Source of the DNA: Lama glama
Lineage: Eukaryota
Direction: 5' to 3'
Assembly (NCBI GenBank): GCA_028534125.1
Contig: CM052816.1
Span: 34,350,001-34,414,000, forward strand
DNA length: 64,000 bases
The notes beneath the pieces were generated by a model. That model was given only the letters and a program-made list of their open reading frames with translations. It was not told the DNA's origin and searched no databases. Made by a program: the position numbers and the translations under genes. Within the stretch, counting starts at the first letter, position 1, and the number at the start of each line of letters is the position of its first letter. Below, one piece after another: positions 26,904-39,856 of the stretch.

Positions 26904-28322
26904 AGCTTTAAAATAGACACATTGATCAATGGAACAGCATAGAAAACCCAGAAATAAACCCATGTACTGATGTTCAATTAATCTATGACAAAGGAGAAAA
27001 AAGTATACGATGGAGAAAATACAGTCTCTTCAATAAGTAATGCTGGGAAAACTGGACAGCTACATGTAAGAGAATGAGATTATTTTTGTTTATGGTGTGA
27101 GGAAATGTTATAAACTCAAAATGGATTAAAGACCTAAATGTAAGACCTGAAACCATAAAACTCCTAGAAGGGAACACAGACAGAACACTCTTTGACATAA
27201 ATCATAGCAATACTTTTTTGGTTGTCTTCTAATGCAAAAGAAATGCATAAATAAACAAATGGGACCTAATTAAATGTAAAATATTTTGCACAACAAAGGA
27301 AACCATCAACATAACAAAAGGACAGCCTACTGAACAAGAGAAAATCACTGCAGATGATATGACCAATAAGGGGTTAATATTCAAAATAGATAAATAGCTC
27401 ATATAACTCATTATCAAAAAACAAAGAAACTAATTTAAAAATAGGCGTAAGAACTGAACAGACATTTTTCCAAAGGAGATGTACAGATGGTCAACAGGCA
27501 CATGAAAAGATACTCCAAATCATTAATTATAAGAGAAATGTAAATCAAAACCACAATGCGATATCACCTTACACCTGTCAAAATGGCTGTCACCAAAAAG
27601 TCCACCAATAACAAATGTTGGCAAGGATGTGGAGAAAAGGAACCCTTGTACATTGCTGGTGTGAATGTAAATTATTATAGCCACTATGGAAAACAGTATG
27701 GAGAGTCCTCAAAAAACTAAAATAGAACTACAATATGATCTAGCAATTCCATTCCTGGGTATTTAGCTGAATAAAATGAAAATACCAATTCAGAAAGTCA
27801 CACACCTCAGTGTTAGCAGCATTATTTACAACAGTCAAGATATGGAAGCAACCTAAATGCCCATCAACAGACGAATGGATAAAAAAGATGTGTATATATA
27901 TATACACACACAACAGAATATTACTTCATCAAAAAAAGAATGAAATTTTGCCATTTGCGACAACACGGATGGACCTAGAGATTATTATGCTTCATGAAAT
28001 AAGAAGGTTTTCTTTGTCCGACTTACTACTTACATGTGGAATCTAAAAAATAAAACAGATGAATGTATATAACAAAAAGTAAACAGATTCACAGATACAG
28101 AGAACACCTAGTGGTTACTGGAGAGGAAAGGAAAGAGGGCAAGATAGGGGTAGGTGATTAAGAGACCAAAGACTGTATAAAATAAGCAAGAAGGATATAT
28201 TATACAGCACAGAGAAAATAGCCATTATTTTACAGAAACTTTAAATGGAGTGTATTACAAAAGTATTAATCACTAGGATGTATGCCTGAAACTAATATTG
28301 TAAATCAACTATAGTTCAACAA
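26904..28322 (+). mobile_element. LINE-1 3' portion (ORF2 C-terminus + 3' UTR), 5'-truncated
   Basis: ORF 27810-28046 AALFTTVKIWKQPKCPSTDEWIKKM, typical ORF2 DNA from ~26910, 3' tail, TSD-like A(G/A)ATATTATC near 26893-26903 and 28322-28332. Confidence 0.93.
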
Positions 28323-30579
28323 AAATATTATCTTTAAATTATATCTATAATAAAGTAAATCATGACAAATAATCTACCCAAATTTAAGGTCTAGACTACA
28401 GATGCTAGGGTGTCTGACAAATGAACCAGTCCTCTTTCTATGCTGCTAATTTTAAAACTCCCTATGGATTAAACTTGAAGTTTGGAAAAGGATTAGCATT
28501 TAATGGTTTGGGTGGATAATTACCTCTTTGTGCTTATCAATTATGATAAGCAAGAAAAGTAGAAAAATTCAGGACAAAAAAAATTACCCTCATCAGTTTC
28601 AGGACACAAACACATTAAATTCCAACCAACTAAACAAAACAAAGGGGAGGGAAGCAGAAAAAAATACACATTTAGGAATGAGTGTTCCTGTTTGGATTTC
28701 TGTGCTAATAAAAATTAAATTTTCAATGCTTGATTTTATTATGCATTGTAAGGATGGAAACTATGCAGTGAAATGTCATCCTTTCCAATTTCTAATCAAT
28801 AATATTTCATGGCCTTTAAGGATTAGTCGATACTACAATTGGTTTCTCAGGGACATGACTAATAAGCAAGAGAAGCTGACAGATGGCTTTCATGCAGATG
28901 GCTGCTTGGAAAGAGACAGTCTTCAGAGAATGTGTCAGATCTTATCACTCTGTGATGCAATGACATTCTTTATCGGGGGAAGGGGAAGGAGGGAATATAT
29001 TGGTCTGGATTCTTTGCTTTGTCACTTTGAGGTTAAAGGCAGGAAGTACATGGACAGGGTATCTGTAGTTTGTGGTTTAGGCTTGGATGCTGCCCCCTTC
29101 CCCGCAGACCCAGGCCATTAATCATTCTCCTTTGCTGTACAAGTGGGAGTTACCCCTCGTCTCTGGAGAGCTGCTCTTAGAGTCATGCTACTCTGAGACT
29201 TGAACTGGTTGAGTCTGTCCTGACAAGGAGGAAGGCTAAAAATTATGGAGGGACAAGGACATGAAAGTATTGTTTCTCCCCTTTATATCATCATATAGCT
29301 ATGTATTGTGTTTGTGAAGCAATGTACTATACAGTGCAATTAGGAAGATCTGAACAGGTATATGGAAGTGACTATTGCTTCAAAGCCAGGGATGGGGAGA
29401 AGCGTAAGAAAGTGAGTACATGAAGTTAATACATTTTATTCTTTTTCATCATCCCATAATTTTGTATTGGGAACTAACACAATTGGGGAGAACTGAGCAA
29501 GTATGAGTAAATAATATTTTCAAAAAATGTGTTCAAATAGCCAAAAGCAAGAAGATACACAACATGGCATCTCTCAAAACTGCACTCTAAGACACTTGTT
29601 TAATTTAGTCTAAATGTTCCAAGATGATCCATAAATAAATACTACTGTTTTGTAGCTTTCCTAAATAACTGTTAAACTTTCCTCAACCTCCCCAACCCAC
29701 AACCACCACCACCCCACACACACACAGATACACTGTTGCAGGTGTTTGGGTTTATCTTGCATTTTCTGCATTTCCACTTTCCCCTATAACTTATATCTCC
29801 CCATAGATTGCATTCATAGATCTTGTTTAACTAATTAAGTTTTGTTCTCACTCATGTAAACAGTCTGTTTTCAGCAGACAACTGTTCTTAGAATTGTGAT
29901 AAAGGGCTCACATCTTAGGGATAATTATTTGGGCATTAGTTTAAGTCCTTACCAGTCTCTAAACATTCCCCATCACTTTACACTAAACAAGACTTCATTG
30001 TAATCTACTATTTTCCCTGTTCCTGGGTGGATTTTGCCATACTAGTGAATGAGAAGATTATTTATCTGGGGCTTTCCACTAGTAAGTCATTATCTTATAG
30101 AAAGCTATCAAAACCTTCCTTGGTTAGTTCTGAAACCATCCAATGCCCTTCCCTACCTCACTTCCAAAATCCTTATTTCTCACTGGTCTCTAGTAGAGGA
30201 AACAGGTTACTTTTTAAATAACAATATAACTTCTCAAATGGGAAAATATTGGAAATGTCTTAACCTTACCCATATTGTCATTATCTATGTTGTACTATTT
30301 TCAGTGAGAATGAGAAATTGTGTGGTGAATTGGAAAGAATGGATTTAGAGTCAGATCTCAGTTCTAGGGCTACATAAGCCACTGCTTAATTCTGTGGCCT
30401 TGGCCAAGTCATTTTATCTACAGGCCTCAGTTTCTGCAATGAGAATTGAAAGGATTGTATCAGATCAGGTTTTTCAAGTTGTATGTCTTATAGAAATACA
30501 GATAATACATTTGAAAACTTACAAAAATACAGTTTCATATTTCATTCAAAGATTCACTGGAATGCCTATTATGTATTAG

Positions 30580-32120
30580 GAAAATAACACAGGACACATA
30601 ATTCTGAATTCAGTGTCAAGAGGAAAAAGAGGCAGAAAATACAGGAGAGGGTAAGGGATGGGGAGAATCCAGTAACAAGCTATAAATACTGAAGAACTGA
30701 AATGAGAGAAGAGACAGCATGGATCAGGGTAATATTTGAAATGATGGAACCATATCTTACAGATATTTGGCGTTCAGTTGTAGATCATCACAATAAACCA
30801 AGTATTGCAAGAAAGCAAGTCACACAAATTTTGTGGTTTCCCAATGCCTATAAAAATTATGATTACATTGTACTGTAGTCCATTATGTGTCCAATAGCAG
30901 TATGTCTAAAAAAACAATGTGCATAACTCAATTAAAAAAGTTTACTGTTAAAAAATTCTAATCATCACCCGAGTCTTCAATGAGTATAGTAGTAACAAAG
31001 ATCACTGATCAGACTTCCATAACAAATATAATAATGAAAAGTTTGAAACAGTGCAAGAATTACCAAAATGTGACACAGAAAGACAGAGCAAGCAAATGCT
31101 GTTAGAAAAAATGATTTTGATAAACTTGCTGTATATAGAGCTGCCACAAATCTTTAATTTATAAAAAATGCATTACCCATGCACTGCAATACAGTAAAGT
31201 TCAATAAAACTAAGTATGCTTGTTTTGAAAATATTTGGGGACTAATCAGACAATAGCATTCCAGAGATTTAGCAAACCCAGTGCATCCAAAATAGAATAA
31301 ATTAAAATAAATTTCAAAAAGTAAATTATATTAAAATTGCTGCAAATCAACACCAAAGAGAAAAAGTTTTTTTAAAAAACCAGGGAAAAGAGGCCAGGTC
31401 ATATGCAAAGCAGTAAGATAGACGCTGACTTCTCAACACATCAGTGGAGTCCTGGTAATAGTGGAATAAAGCCTTCAAAGCACTAAAAGAAAGTACCTGC
31501 CAACCTAAAAGCCTATACCCTGTGAAACATCTTTTAAGAATGGAGTAACTAGACTTGTTGTCTTCATTTTGTAATGTATAAAAATATCAAACCACTGTGT
31601 TGCACACCTGAAACTAATATAATACTGTAGGTCAATTATACTTCAGTTAAAAAATTAAGACATTTATAGACCAAAGAGTTCATCACCAGCATACTCTTAA
31701 TAAAAGCTAATATAAAGGAGGCACTTCAGGCAAAAGGAAAGTAATTCTAGATGTAAGATCTGAAATGCAGGATGGAAAAAGTGTGAACTAATACCCATCA
31801 ACACGGATCATATAAAATAGTAATAATAATGTCAATTGTTTTTGCTTCTAAGTAAACTTAAAAATACAACACAATAACAACAGTTAAGAGGGAACGAATG
31901 GAATTAAACCTTGAAAAGAACTTGTATTACTGGGAGGAGGGTCAAGATTTTTTTGCTAACTTCAGACTTCAATAAACAAGTCTATTTGGTAACATTTCTA
32001 GGGTTAACTACTAAAACAAAGAAACAAAACATGCAACTTCCCAACAAGTACAGGAAAAAATAGAAGATGAAAATTACTCATTCATTCGAGAATAAAAGGC
32101 AAGAAATGAGAGAAAAACAA
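30580..32120 (+). mobile_element. Old LINE-1 ORF1-region fragment carrying nested Tigger1 and a short L1 tail (~31550-31655)
   Basis: GCTGACTTCTCAACA..TGGAATAAAGCCTTCAAAGCACTAAAAGAAAG..TGCCAACCTAAAAGCCTATACCC is decayed L1 ORF1 C-terminal DNA. Confidence 0.7.
30748..31223. mobile_element. Internally deleted Tigger1 DNA transposon
   Basis: Both termini recognisable: CATATCTTACAGATATTTGGCGTTCAGTTGTAGATCATCACAATAAA.. and ..CAATAAAACTAAGTATGCTTG. Internal GAATTACCAAAATGTGACACAGA. Confidence 0.85.
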
Positions 32121-33061
32121 TCCCAGAATAGCCCTGGCACATAGTAGATAGTTTTAAAATATTGGTGGGATAAATGGCTGCATTCATGAAGGAAAGAATA
32201 AATGAATGCACATGCTGACCTTCCTATACTGAGGATAGCAGGCACGAAGAAGTCAGTTCCTAGATACTGCCTAGTTTAGAGTTTGTGATTTAGAGATAAA
32301 TGGATAAATGAGGTGGCTAAAGCCTCAGAACATCAGCATTTGTCCTAAAATACATATAGCCCCTTGCAATCTTGAGTGTGAATTCTCATTCCTACATCCA
32401 CAAGTGGCATTCCCCCTGAGGTGAGCCAGCTGAAAAGACAGCATCTGCATTCTGCAGCGCTGTGTTTGGTGGCACCCCAGGATTTCCCCATTCCCCACAT
32501 GTTCAGGCAAAAAGCATTTTAATTTTTCACTTCATTTCAGTATTTCTGAATGCTACTTACCACGTAAGATTGCATTTTCATACTGCCTTGATCAGGAAAG
32601 GATTTTTGGTTGTGCTGGCCCTTTCTCTACTAGATCCCCAGGCAGAACAGCTGCAAAACTTAATCTAGCTTTTGGTAATGAATTCATTCATCTTATTAGT
32701 ATGCAACTCAGGCAGACCAACCCCAACTTTAAAGGAAAATGAATGCTGATCTTTTTAAAGAGAGTGAATATGGAGCAGCCTGATCCCTGAGAGGCTCTGG
32801 GAAATTGAAGTTGTCCAAGTCTCACCCCCGGGCCTTACAAGGGGTAAAGTCGCACAATCGGGGAACAATTTGACTGTCCTGTCAATCAAAGATGCTGCAG
32901 CAAACCTCACTCATTCAAGCTGATTAGCCAGAGGGATTTATCTTAGGATGGTAAAAAGAACATTACTAAAAAGCATCAACTCTGCTCAGTCTCTTCATCT
33001 TTTTGAGCCTCAGTTTACTCATCTGTGAATTAGGATGAGTTCAAACATAATCATCTATAAC

Positions 33062-33247
33062 GCCGGTTCTCAAACTTTAGAGTGTATCAAAATTACCCAG
33101 AGAGCTCCTTAAAACACAGACTGGTAGCTCACTCCCAGGGACTTGGATGTGGCAGTTTCCAGGGGGAGCCTAAAAACGTGCATTTCTAACAAGTTCCACG
33201 GGTGGTACTGATGTTGCTGGTTGAGAGACCACACTTTGGAAACACTG
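33062..33247. mobile_element. MER5A-like hAT-Charlie element
   Basis: GGTTCTCAAACTTTAG..TGCATTTCTAACAAGTTCC..GACCACACTTTGGAAACACTG. Confidence 0.85.
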
Positions 33248-34929
33248 ACCTATACAGCCCTTTTCAGCTTTATTATTATTCTCTAGGGAGGTGCAAACTT
33301 CAAATTATGGACATTTTTGTTTTAATATTAAGTTTATATGTAAGATAACTTGCTAGTTTTTATAAGCACATGTATTATCAGACCATATTGATATACTCTA
33401 GTTAAGAACCATTTATAATTACTCTCATCATTTACCATTAATAGTTAACAAGAAGACTTGGCACACAGTTTATTTTTCTGAACATGTGAACATTTCATAT
33501 GCGAGGTCAATCCTTCAAGTATGCAGTAAAAGTGGTCATTTACGTGTTCATGGGTACCAGAAAGAAATGTTCAATTTCAAAACTATACTTGCTTGACCAG
33601 TTCCTTACTTCTAGAATACATTTATTCTTTTGAATGAAGACTTTAGTTCTATTAAAATGCAAATGTCCCAGAATATAGTAAAAAAAAAATTTAAAAAGGG
33701 AGAAAGAAAAAGAAAGAAGTAAACCTTATCAGTCAATTACCTATTACTGCAAGTGATTTTATCAAATTATTTCACAAGCCCCAGAAGTGATATAAGGAGG
33801 AAGATGGGGGCATAGGCATGATTCACCAGGAAGAAAGTTGGCATCATCATGGCAGGAAAAGGAGATGCTGGCTGGGAAGGCTCAACACTGAAAAGGTCAC
33901 TAACATCACCATTTTGCCTAGGCCTTGACTTGTCTATACATTTAGCAGGGCCTTCTACCCAGTGGGCAAAGCTAGGTTCAGTGATTTTAAGTTCATGATG
34001 TGGGCTCCAAATGAATAAAGATCCGTGCATTCAGATTTGCCTAATAAAAGATGGTTGGTGTACTCCAAACTCATGCAATTGCCTGGACATGTTGCTTATG
34101 AAAACTCTATAGCATGGTGTGGTACCGTGTCATCTGAACCACGAGTCTCCCTATCCATTTGGTAGAAATAGCTAGACCCATGGCCTCTGCAATCAAGGAT
34201 GGAAATCCAGAACCTAATTCTCTGTGGCACAGAAAGGCATTCACCATTACAGGTCCCTAGGTCTGTGCTATAAATGAGAACAAGCAGAATGAAATTTAGC
34301 ATCTGTGTGTTCTCCCAGGTACTTCTTATTACCTTGCTATCTGTTTCTTTCTGACTAGAAAGCCTTAGAACATTTCAGAACTCCTAGGGCCTGAAATGTC
34401 TTAGACTGCCTATCTATGTGAACCAAAGATACACTCTGTTACAAGCAAGGCAACTTTGCGAAAGGAAAATAAGCAACAAGTAGAGCATAAAAGAAGTTGC
34501 ATAAATCAGACACCCAAAAACGAGTTCCTATGAAACAAACCACAAAAGCAGGACTCCGTATAGCTAACAGAGATGGTATACTCTGCCATCTTGCCATGAC
34601 ATGGTATCCACTTAGCATATCATTAAGGCAAGGTATATTTCCAACATAACAAAATGAGCAGACATTTAATGTAATCTGATTTCAGTAAATATGGGTTAGA
34701 ATCCCTGCTGCTACCTAACTGCTCTAAAATTAGATGCCAGTGACACAATCCTGAGAAGCATGTCTTTAACTCTGGGTAGCAAAGCCTCTGAGCTGCTGAG
34801 TTACAGGGACTCTTCCTGCTAGCTGCCATTTTGCTTTGTGCACAACTCTATCACCCTGATATGAAGCCTGCGGGGCTGTAAATACCAATTATTGCCTCCA
34901 ACTGTGCACGACCTTTGGAGCTCACCTGC

Positions 34930-35145
34930 CAGCATTTAAATCCCAGCTCTGCCACTTAAGAACTGTGACTCTGGGAAACATACCTCAATACTCAGTGCCT
35001 GTTTCTTCAAGTAAAGAATGAGATAACACTAGAATTTACCTAATAGTGTTACTGTGAGAATTAAATTATTTAAAGACTAACACATGTAAAGCACTTAAAA
35101 CAGTGCCTGGCACAAAGTAAGTGCTAAATAAATGTTAACTATTAC
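34930..35145 (+). mobile_element. MIR SINE
   Basis: AAATCCCAGCTCTGCCACTT..ATGTAAAGCACTTAAAACAGTGCCTGGCACAAAGTAAGTGCTAAATAAATGTTAACTATTA. Confidence 0.88.
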
Positions 35146-35263
35146 AGTTTATCATTTCTGCTCTCTCTCTTCTCCAAGTTTACCCACGTTAATAAGTGTA
35201 TATATGAGCTCCCATCAGGAATAAAAATTTTTATTCAAAGAGAAATCATTCACTCAAAGAGAA

Positions 35264-35355
35264 AAGTCTCTCCTTAAAAGATGCCAGCATATGAGGAAAT
35301 AGGTACGTTAAGTTTCTCCTTAAGAGATACCAGCATACAAGGAAATGGGTACCTT
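35264..35355. repeat. Diverged tandem duplication, 2 x 46 bp
   Basis: 35264-35309 and 35310-35355 align without gaps with 7 mismatches. Confidence 0.9.
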
Positions 35356-36194
35356 CAGGACACACAAGACAATGGACCAAAATGGAGAACTGTCCAAAGA
35401 TTAACTACACTCAGAGCTGGAGGAGGAGCCCTCCAGCTGCCCCGCACACGTCTGTCCGAGCACATTCAGGCTCCTGGGGGTCAAGTATGTTACCAATCTG
35501 GGTGGGGGAGACCGTGTGTTCTCCCCTGGACCCCTGCCACCCTGTTCACCAGCAAAGGGGAGGCGGGTTCCACAGGGAACCTCTGCACTGCTAACCTGTG
35601 AGCCGTGGATTCACACTACGTCTGACTATTTTATTTTGTCCCTCTTCTGAGACCGTTGTACACTTTTTTGTTTAGGTTCAACATCCAACAAATTTTTATA
35701 ACTCATGTTATTAACCGTAATAGCTACCTGCAGTTTAGGATGTACCGTGTGACGCGTGCCGCTTTTCTCCAGGACTGACACTAACCCTGCAAAGCAGGTA
35801 CCACTGTCACTGTTCTACAGCTTCAGAAACATGCTCGGTGACGTTAAGTGAATTTCCCAAGGCTGCAAAACTATCAAGTGGCAGGTGTGGGATTTGATCA
35901 TAAATTCAACTGGCTCCAAGGCCCATGCCCTTTCCCCAAATCATGCTATCTTCTACCCCGTACACAGCTGATACCCTGAAGCTTTCACTGTTGACCTCTG
36001 TTGTGTGGTTTGGGAACATCTTTGATGGTTGAGGAGTATTCTATGGTTCTCATAACTGCTGGGGTAGGCATCTATCCTCCCCAACTCTAATTGCAGCCCA
36101 AACTGTCCCTCAGGCTTGCCGTAGAGAGAAAGCTCCTTCTATCTGCTGTTGAAAATCATCAGAAGCCTCCTCCCTGGTGATTACTAAGGCAGGC

Positions 36195-36385
36195 ACCAGG
36201 AGTCAGCCAGACTCAGGTTTAAATCCCAGCTCTGCCACTTGTCAGTTCTTGTCTCTGAGCAAAGCTACTTAGTCTGAACTTTTCATTCTGAAAATGAGGA
36301 TACTGGTACCTATTAGGTCTTGTGGTGAGGGTTATGCAAGATCTTTGTCAAGTGCCCAGTACAGTGCCTTGCACACAGTGGCCGC
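36195..36385 (+). mobile_element. MIR SINE
   Basis: GGAGTCAGCCAGACTCAGGTTTAAATCCCAGCTCTGCCACTT..ACAGTGCCTTGCACACAGT. Confidence 0.8.
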
Positions 36386-39329
36386 TCCTGAAACTGAGAA
36401 TGGCAACCACATCCCCAGCCAGGAGAAGAGGAATGAACATGCTAGTGAGTGCGGGACCCTCCCAGATGTGAGAGATTTGTCATTCCCTGTCTTTCCCAGT
36501 TGTTAGTATGTGTCCTGAAACTTCAGCCCAGTTCAGGAAGGTTAACAAATCTCCATCAAGAGTAAGAAAGTTACACATAAAATATTACTCTTACTAAGTT
36601 TTTTCTACTCATGATGAAAACTCAAATCACCATACATTTATTGATCATAGGGACTGATTTGTTGGGATTGATATACATACAGTCTATCATTTATATACAT
36701 GTAAATATAATGTATATTTATATACGGTCATATGTTTCACATGTTTGTTTCTATATATATTCATGTGTATACATGTATATGTACTTGTGTGTTTACACAC
36801 ACACACACAAGTAAGTAATTTAAAGGCACAATTTCAAAAGATTTTTAAATGTCTACCTCAAGACCTAACGTTAGGAATCTGGGCAAACCTGGATTTCAAA
36901 GAAACTTCCCTCTCTGGGAGTTAGTATGAAACAACTGGGTCCTCCTTTTGGATTCAACTGCCTCTTTATTATCTCCTCAGGCTGAACTTGGCTGTAAGGT
37001 CACACAATCTTGTTGAATCAGCTCAATTTGTTCATTTAAAGTTTGCCACTGATGTGAGTTTAAGTGAGAGCAATTCAGACCTTGTAAGTTGGTGATGTCC
37101 TCAGGTCCTCCGGGCTCTAGATCATTGCTGCCCCCTGCAACCTACCCCACACTCTTGGCTTTTACAGGAAGGTGCATGATCAGCCCCTTGATGCTCTCTA
37201 CTTACTTCTAACTCTCCTGAGTCAGTACTGACCTTAGAGTGGCAGGGGCTCGAGCATTAAAATCCAGGTCCCATATAGTCCACCTATTGGTGTAACTAAT
37301 ATCCATTAACCTCACCTGAAATCACAGAGTTCAGAAAAGGCAGAGAGGACGCTTCCATTCATTCACAGAAGGTTAGCTGAAGACCTCCAGGGCAGCGTGC
37401 ACAACACCTCACTAAGCCAACAGTGAGCCAAAGACCACGCAGACCCCACAGAACTTATTTTTGCTAGAACTGTCTCCAGAGTGACAAGGAGATTTAATGG
37501 CAAAATAGCAGAGAATATTTTATAGAAAAATTTTCTACTTACAATGATTCATCTGTCCAAGCTCTCTCTCCACCTTCCTTGTTTCCATTTCCCCTAAACA
37601 TTCAGCTCTTGAACAATTTGTGTGTGCGTGTGTGTTTAGGTGTCTAACAGAAAATTTTAAGAAGACAAAAATGGAAGGAATAATGTAACAGACAATCCCA
37701 CAGCGTATTAACCGTTAGAAAAGTCACACTGACCATTGAAAATATTTTTATCTTACATATTTTGAATTTTTTTATTTTCTAAAATAAAAGTAGACCACAC
37801 TGCAATTTTCTTTGACTATCCTCTCCCCATGCAGAGGCCCTCATTAGCATGAATTGCATGTGTCTACTTCCAGTCTTCCACACACTCATTAAAATATAGA
37901 GTATACATTATTTTTTTTAATTTACCTAAGTGGTATCATGCTGTATCATCCTGCAAGTTGCTATTTCTCCTCAGCATTGTGTTTTGATGATGTTTACAGA
38001 TCTAGCTGATTCTCCTTTATTTCCTCAGGTCACAGGATAAGTTTGTGTAAGAGAAATAAAATCTGTTTTACTACTTCGCAGTCCAAGAGGCTAGGGACCC
38101 CAAACCACAATCAGCCTACAGCACTGCCCTTGAGAAAAAGCATCAAGTTAACATTTGTCGAATTTTAGTACTGATGGAGAGAGCTCATCAAATTAGTCAT
38201 TAAGGGGTACCTGCCATTACCAAATTCACAAATGAGTTGGGAATGCAATTTTAACACTTGAAATAAAAGATAATGGAGTAGATTCTTAAGGGAATTGTTT
38301 TGAAGGACAAAGTCAATTCAGAGCTAAGAGCGATCACAGTGAACAGGTGTAGTTCGAGGGTTCTTCCTGGAAGAGGTAGTGGTTGAGGCAGGGAATGAAG
38401 GGTGGGAAAAAGTTCAAATGCCCTAAGAGAATACGAAAGGTATGGATTGGGAACATCATGAAAAAGATGTATAGGTTGGAACAAGTATGGAGTAAGTAGG
38501 ATAACCCTGAGTGGAGGGGAGAAAGCTATGAGAGGATGGATGGGGTAAACAGGTGGACAACTCAGACAACAGGACCACAGCTTGTGTTTGCACTGTCACA
38601 GCATGGAGCCTTGCAAGGATATCCATGCAGGGGTGGCTCTCACTGCTCTGTCCACAACTCCTGGGATGTTCCAGGCCCTCTAACACCCCTGCACTTTTGA
38701 ACAAACTAGTTCCTCAGCAGGAATGCCATTTCTGACCCCCTTTCTTTACCGTCAGCTTACATCGCAGGCAGCACACCTCTAAGCCTTCCCTGACACTGTC
38801 CCCCTAGTCGTGATTAGGTTCCCCTTCTCACTCACTCCTACAAGATCTTGGGCTTCCTTCTAGCACAGGCCAGGTCAAACTGGGTAGTAATCTCGGGGTA
38901 ATTATGTTTAGTTCTTTCTTCCCCCTTGAATTTTACATTTATTGGGAAAAGAACTTTGACTTATTTATCTTCTGACTCCAGAACGTAGCTCAGTACCTGT
39001 TTTATAGACGCACTCAATTTATGCTTGAATGAATACCTTAATTATTAACCCAAGAATTATGGATATTCATATAATTTTATATATTTTTAAAATATTTGTA
39101 TGTAAATATTAGGCTAAAAATCATTATTTTGATGCCTCTTGACTTTTAGAATACTTCTCATGAGAAAAAAACAAATTACAACTGATAGCAACATAAAACG
39201 TTATGAAAGATAAGTCGAAGTTCTGTTTGTCCTACAACTCTTCAAAACTCAAAACCTTTTCATCCATAAGAAACCTATGAGCACTTTGATATAACTGAGG
39301 ACACTTCAGTCACGCCATCTCCAAATGGC

Positions 39330-39856
39330 TGGGTTCCTGGCAAAGCCCATTAACAAATCCCGGGAAATAAAAATAGAATCTGGGTAATAAAATAAAATAA
39401 AGTCTAACCTTTTTTTCCTTTGTGCTCAATCCGTTTCACTTGCTCATAGGGTACCTTGCACCTGGCGCTTTGGACCAGATCTCCTAGTGCTAAATGGCTG
39501 TGCCTGACACCTCAGCCCCGGGACTGCACGCAGAAGCGCTGAGCCCGCGCGACACTGCGACTCAAGATGGCGGCGGGTCTCGTGCAGAGACGCGCCTGCC
39601 CTGCGCTCTGGAGTCTGCGCAGCACAGCCGTGCCCCCGCCCGCGAGAACCCCGCCCGCGAGAACCCCGCCCCCTCCGCCCCTGGCTGGCCGGAATCAAAT
39701 CACGCAGCCCCGCCCACAGCCTGTCCCACAGACTCCGTGCTCCAGGGCTTGAGCTCACACCCGCTCGGTTTTTTGATCAAAGAATGAAACTTGCCTTTGC
39801 TTCTGGACCTTCTGCCTTTGCTCGGTCTCATTCTGTAGGCTCCAATGACACCAGGC
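39330..39856 (+). mobile_element. 5' LTR, 3'-truncated in U5, CpG-rich U3
   Basis: Aligns from TG at 39330 with the LTRs at 40970 and 42128, stops after CACCAGGC, and its poly(A) signal reads AATGAA (39783-39788). Confidence 0.85.
39515..39770. promoter_or_regulatory. CpG-island-like putative promoter inside the 5' LTR (YY1 + Sp1/KLF GC boxes)
   Basis: About 29 CpG in ~250 bp by hand count, CAAGATGGCGGC YY1 consensus at ~39563-39574, several CCCCGCCC boxes at 39633-39715. Confidence 0.6.

Noticed and set aside
28528..29121. Longest ORF in the window (197 aa)
   Set aside because: Non-ATG start, AT-rich low-complexity translation, no recognisable domain or exon structure; most likely a chance ORF.
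34935..36240. Identical 23-mer TTTAAATCCCAGCTCTGCCACTT at 34935-34957 and 36218-36240
   Set aside because: Both copies lie in the conserved part of independent MIR elements.
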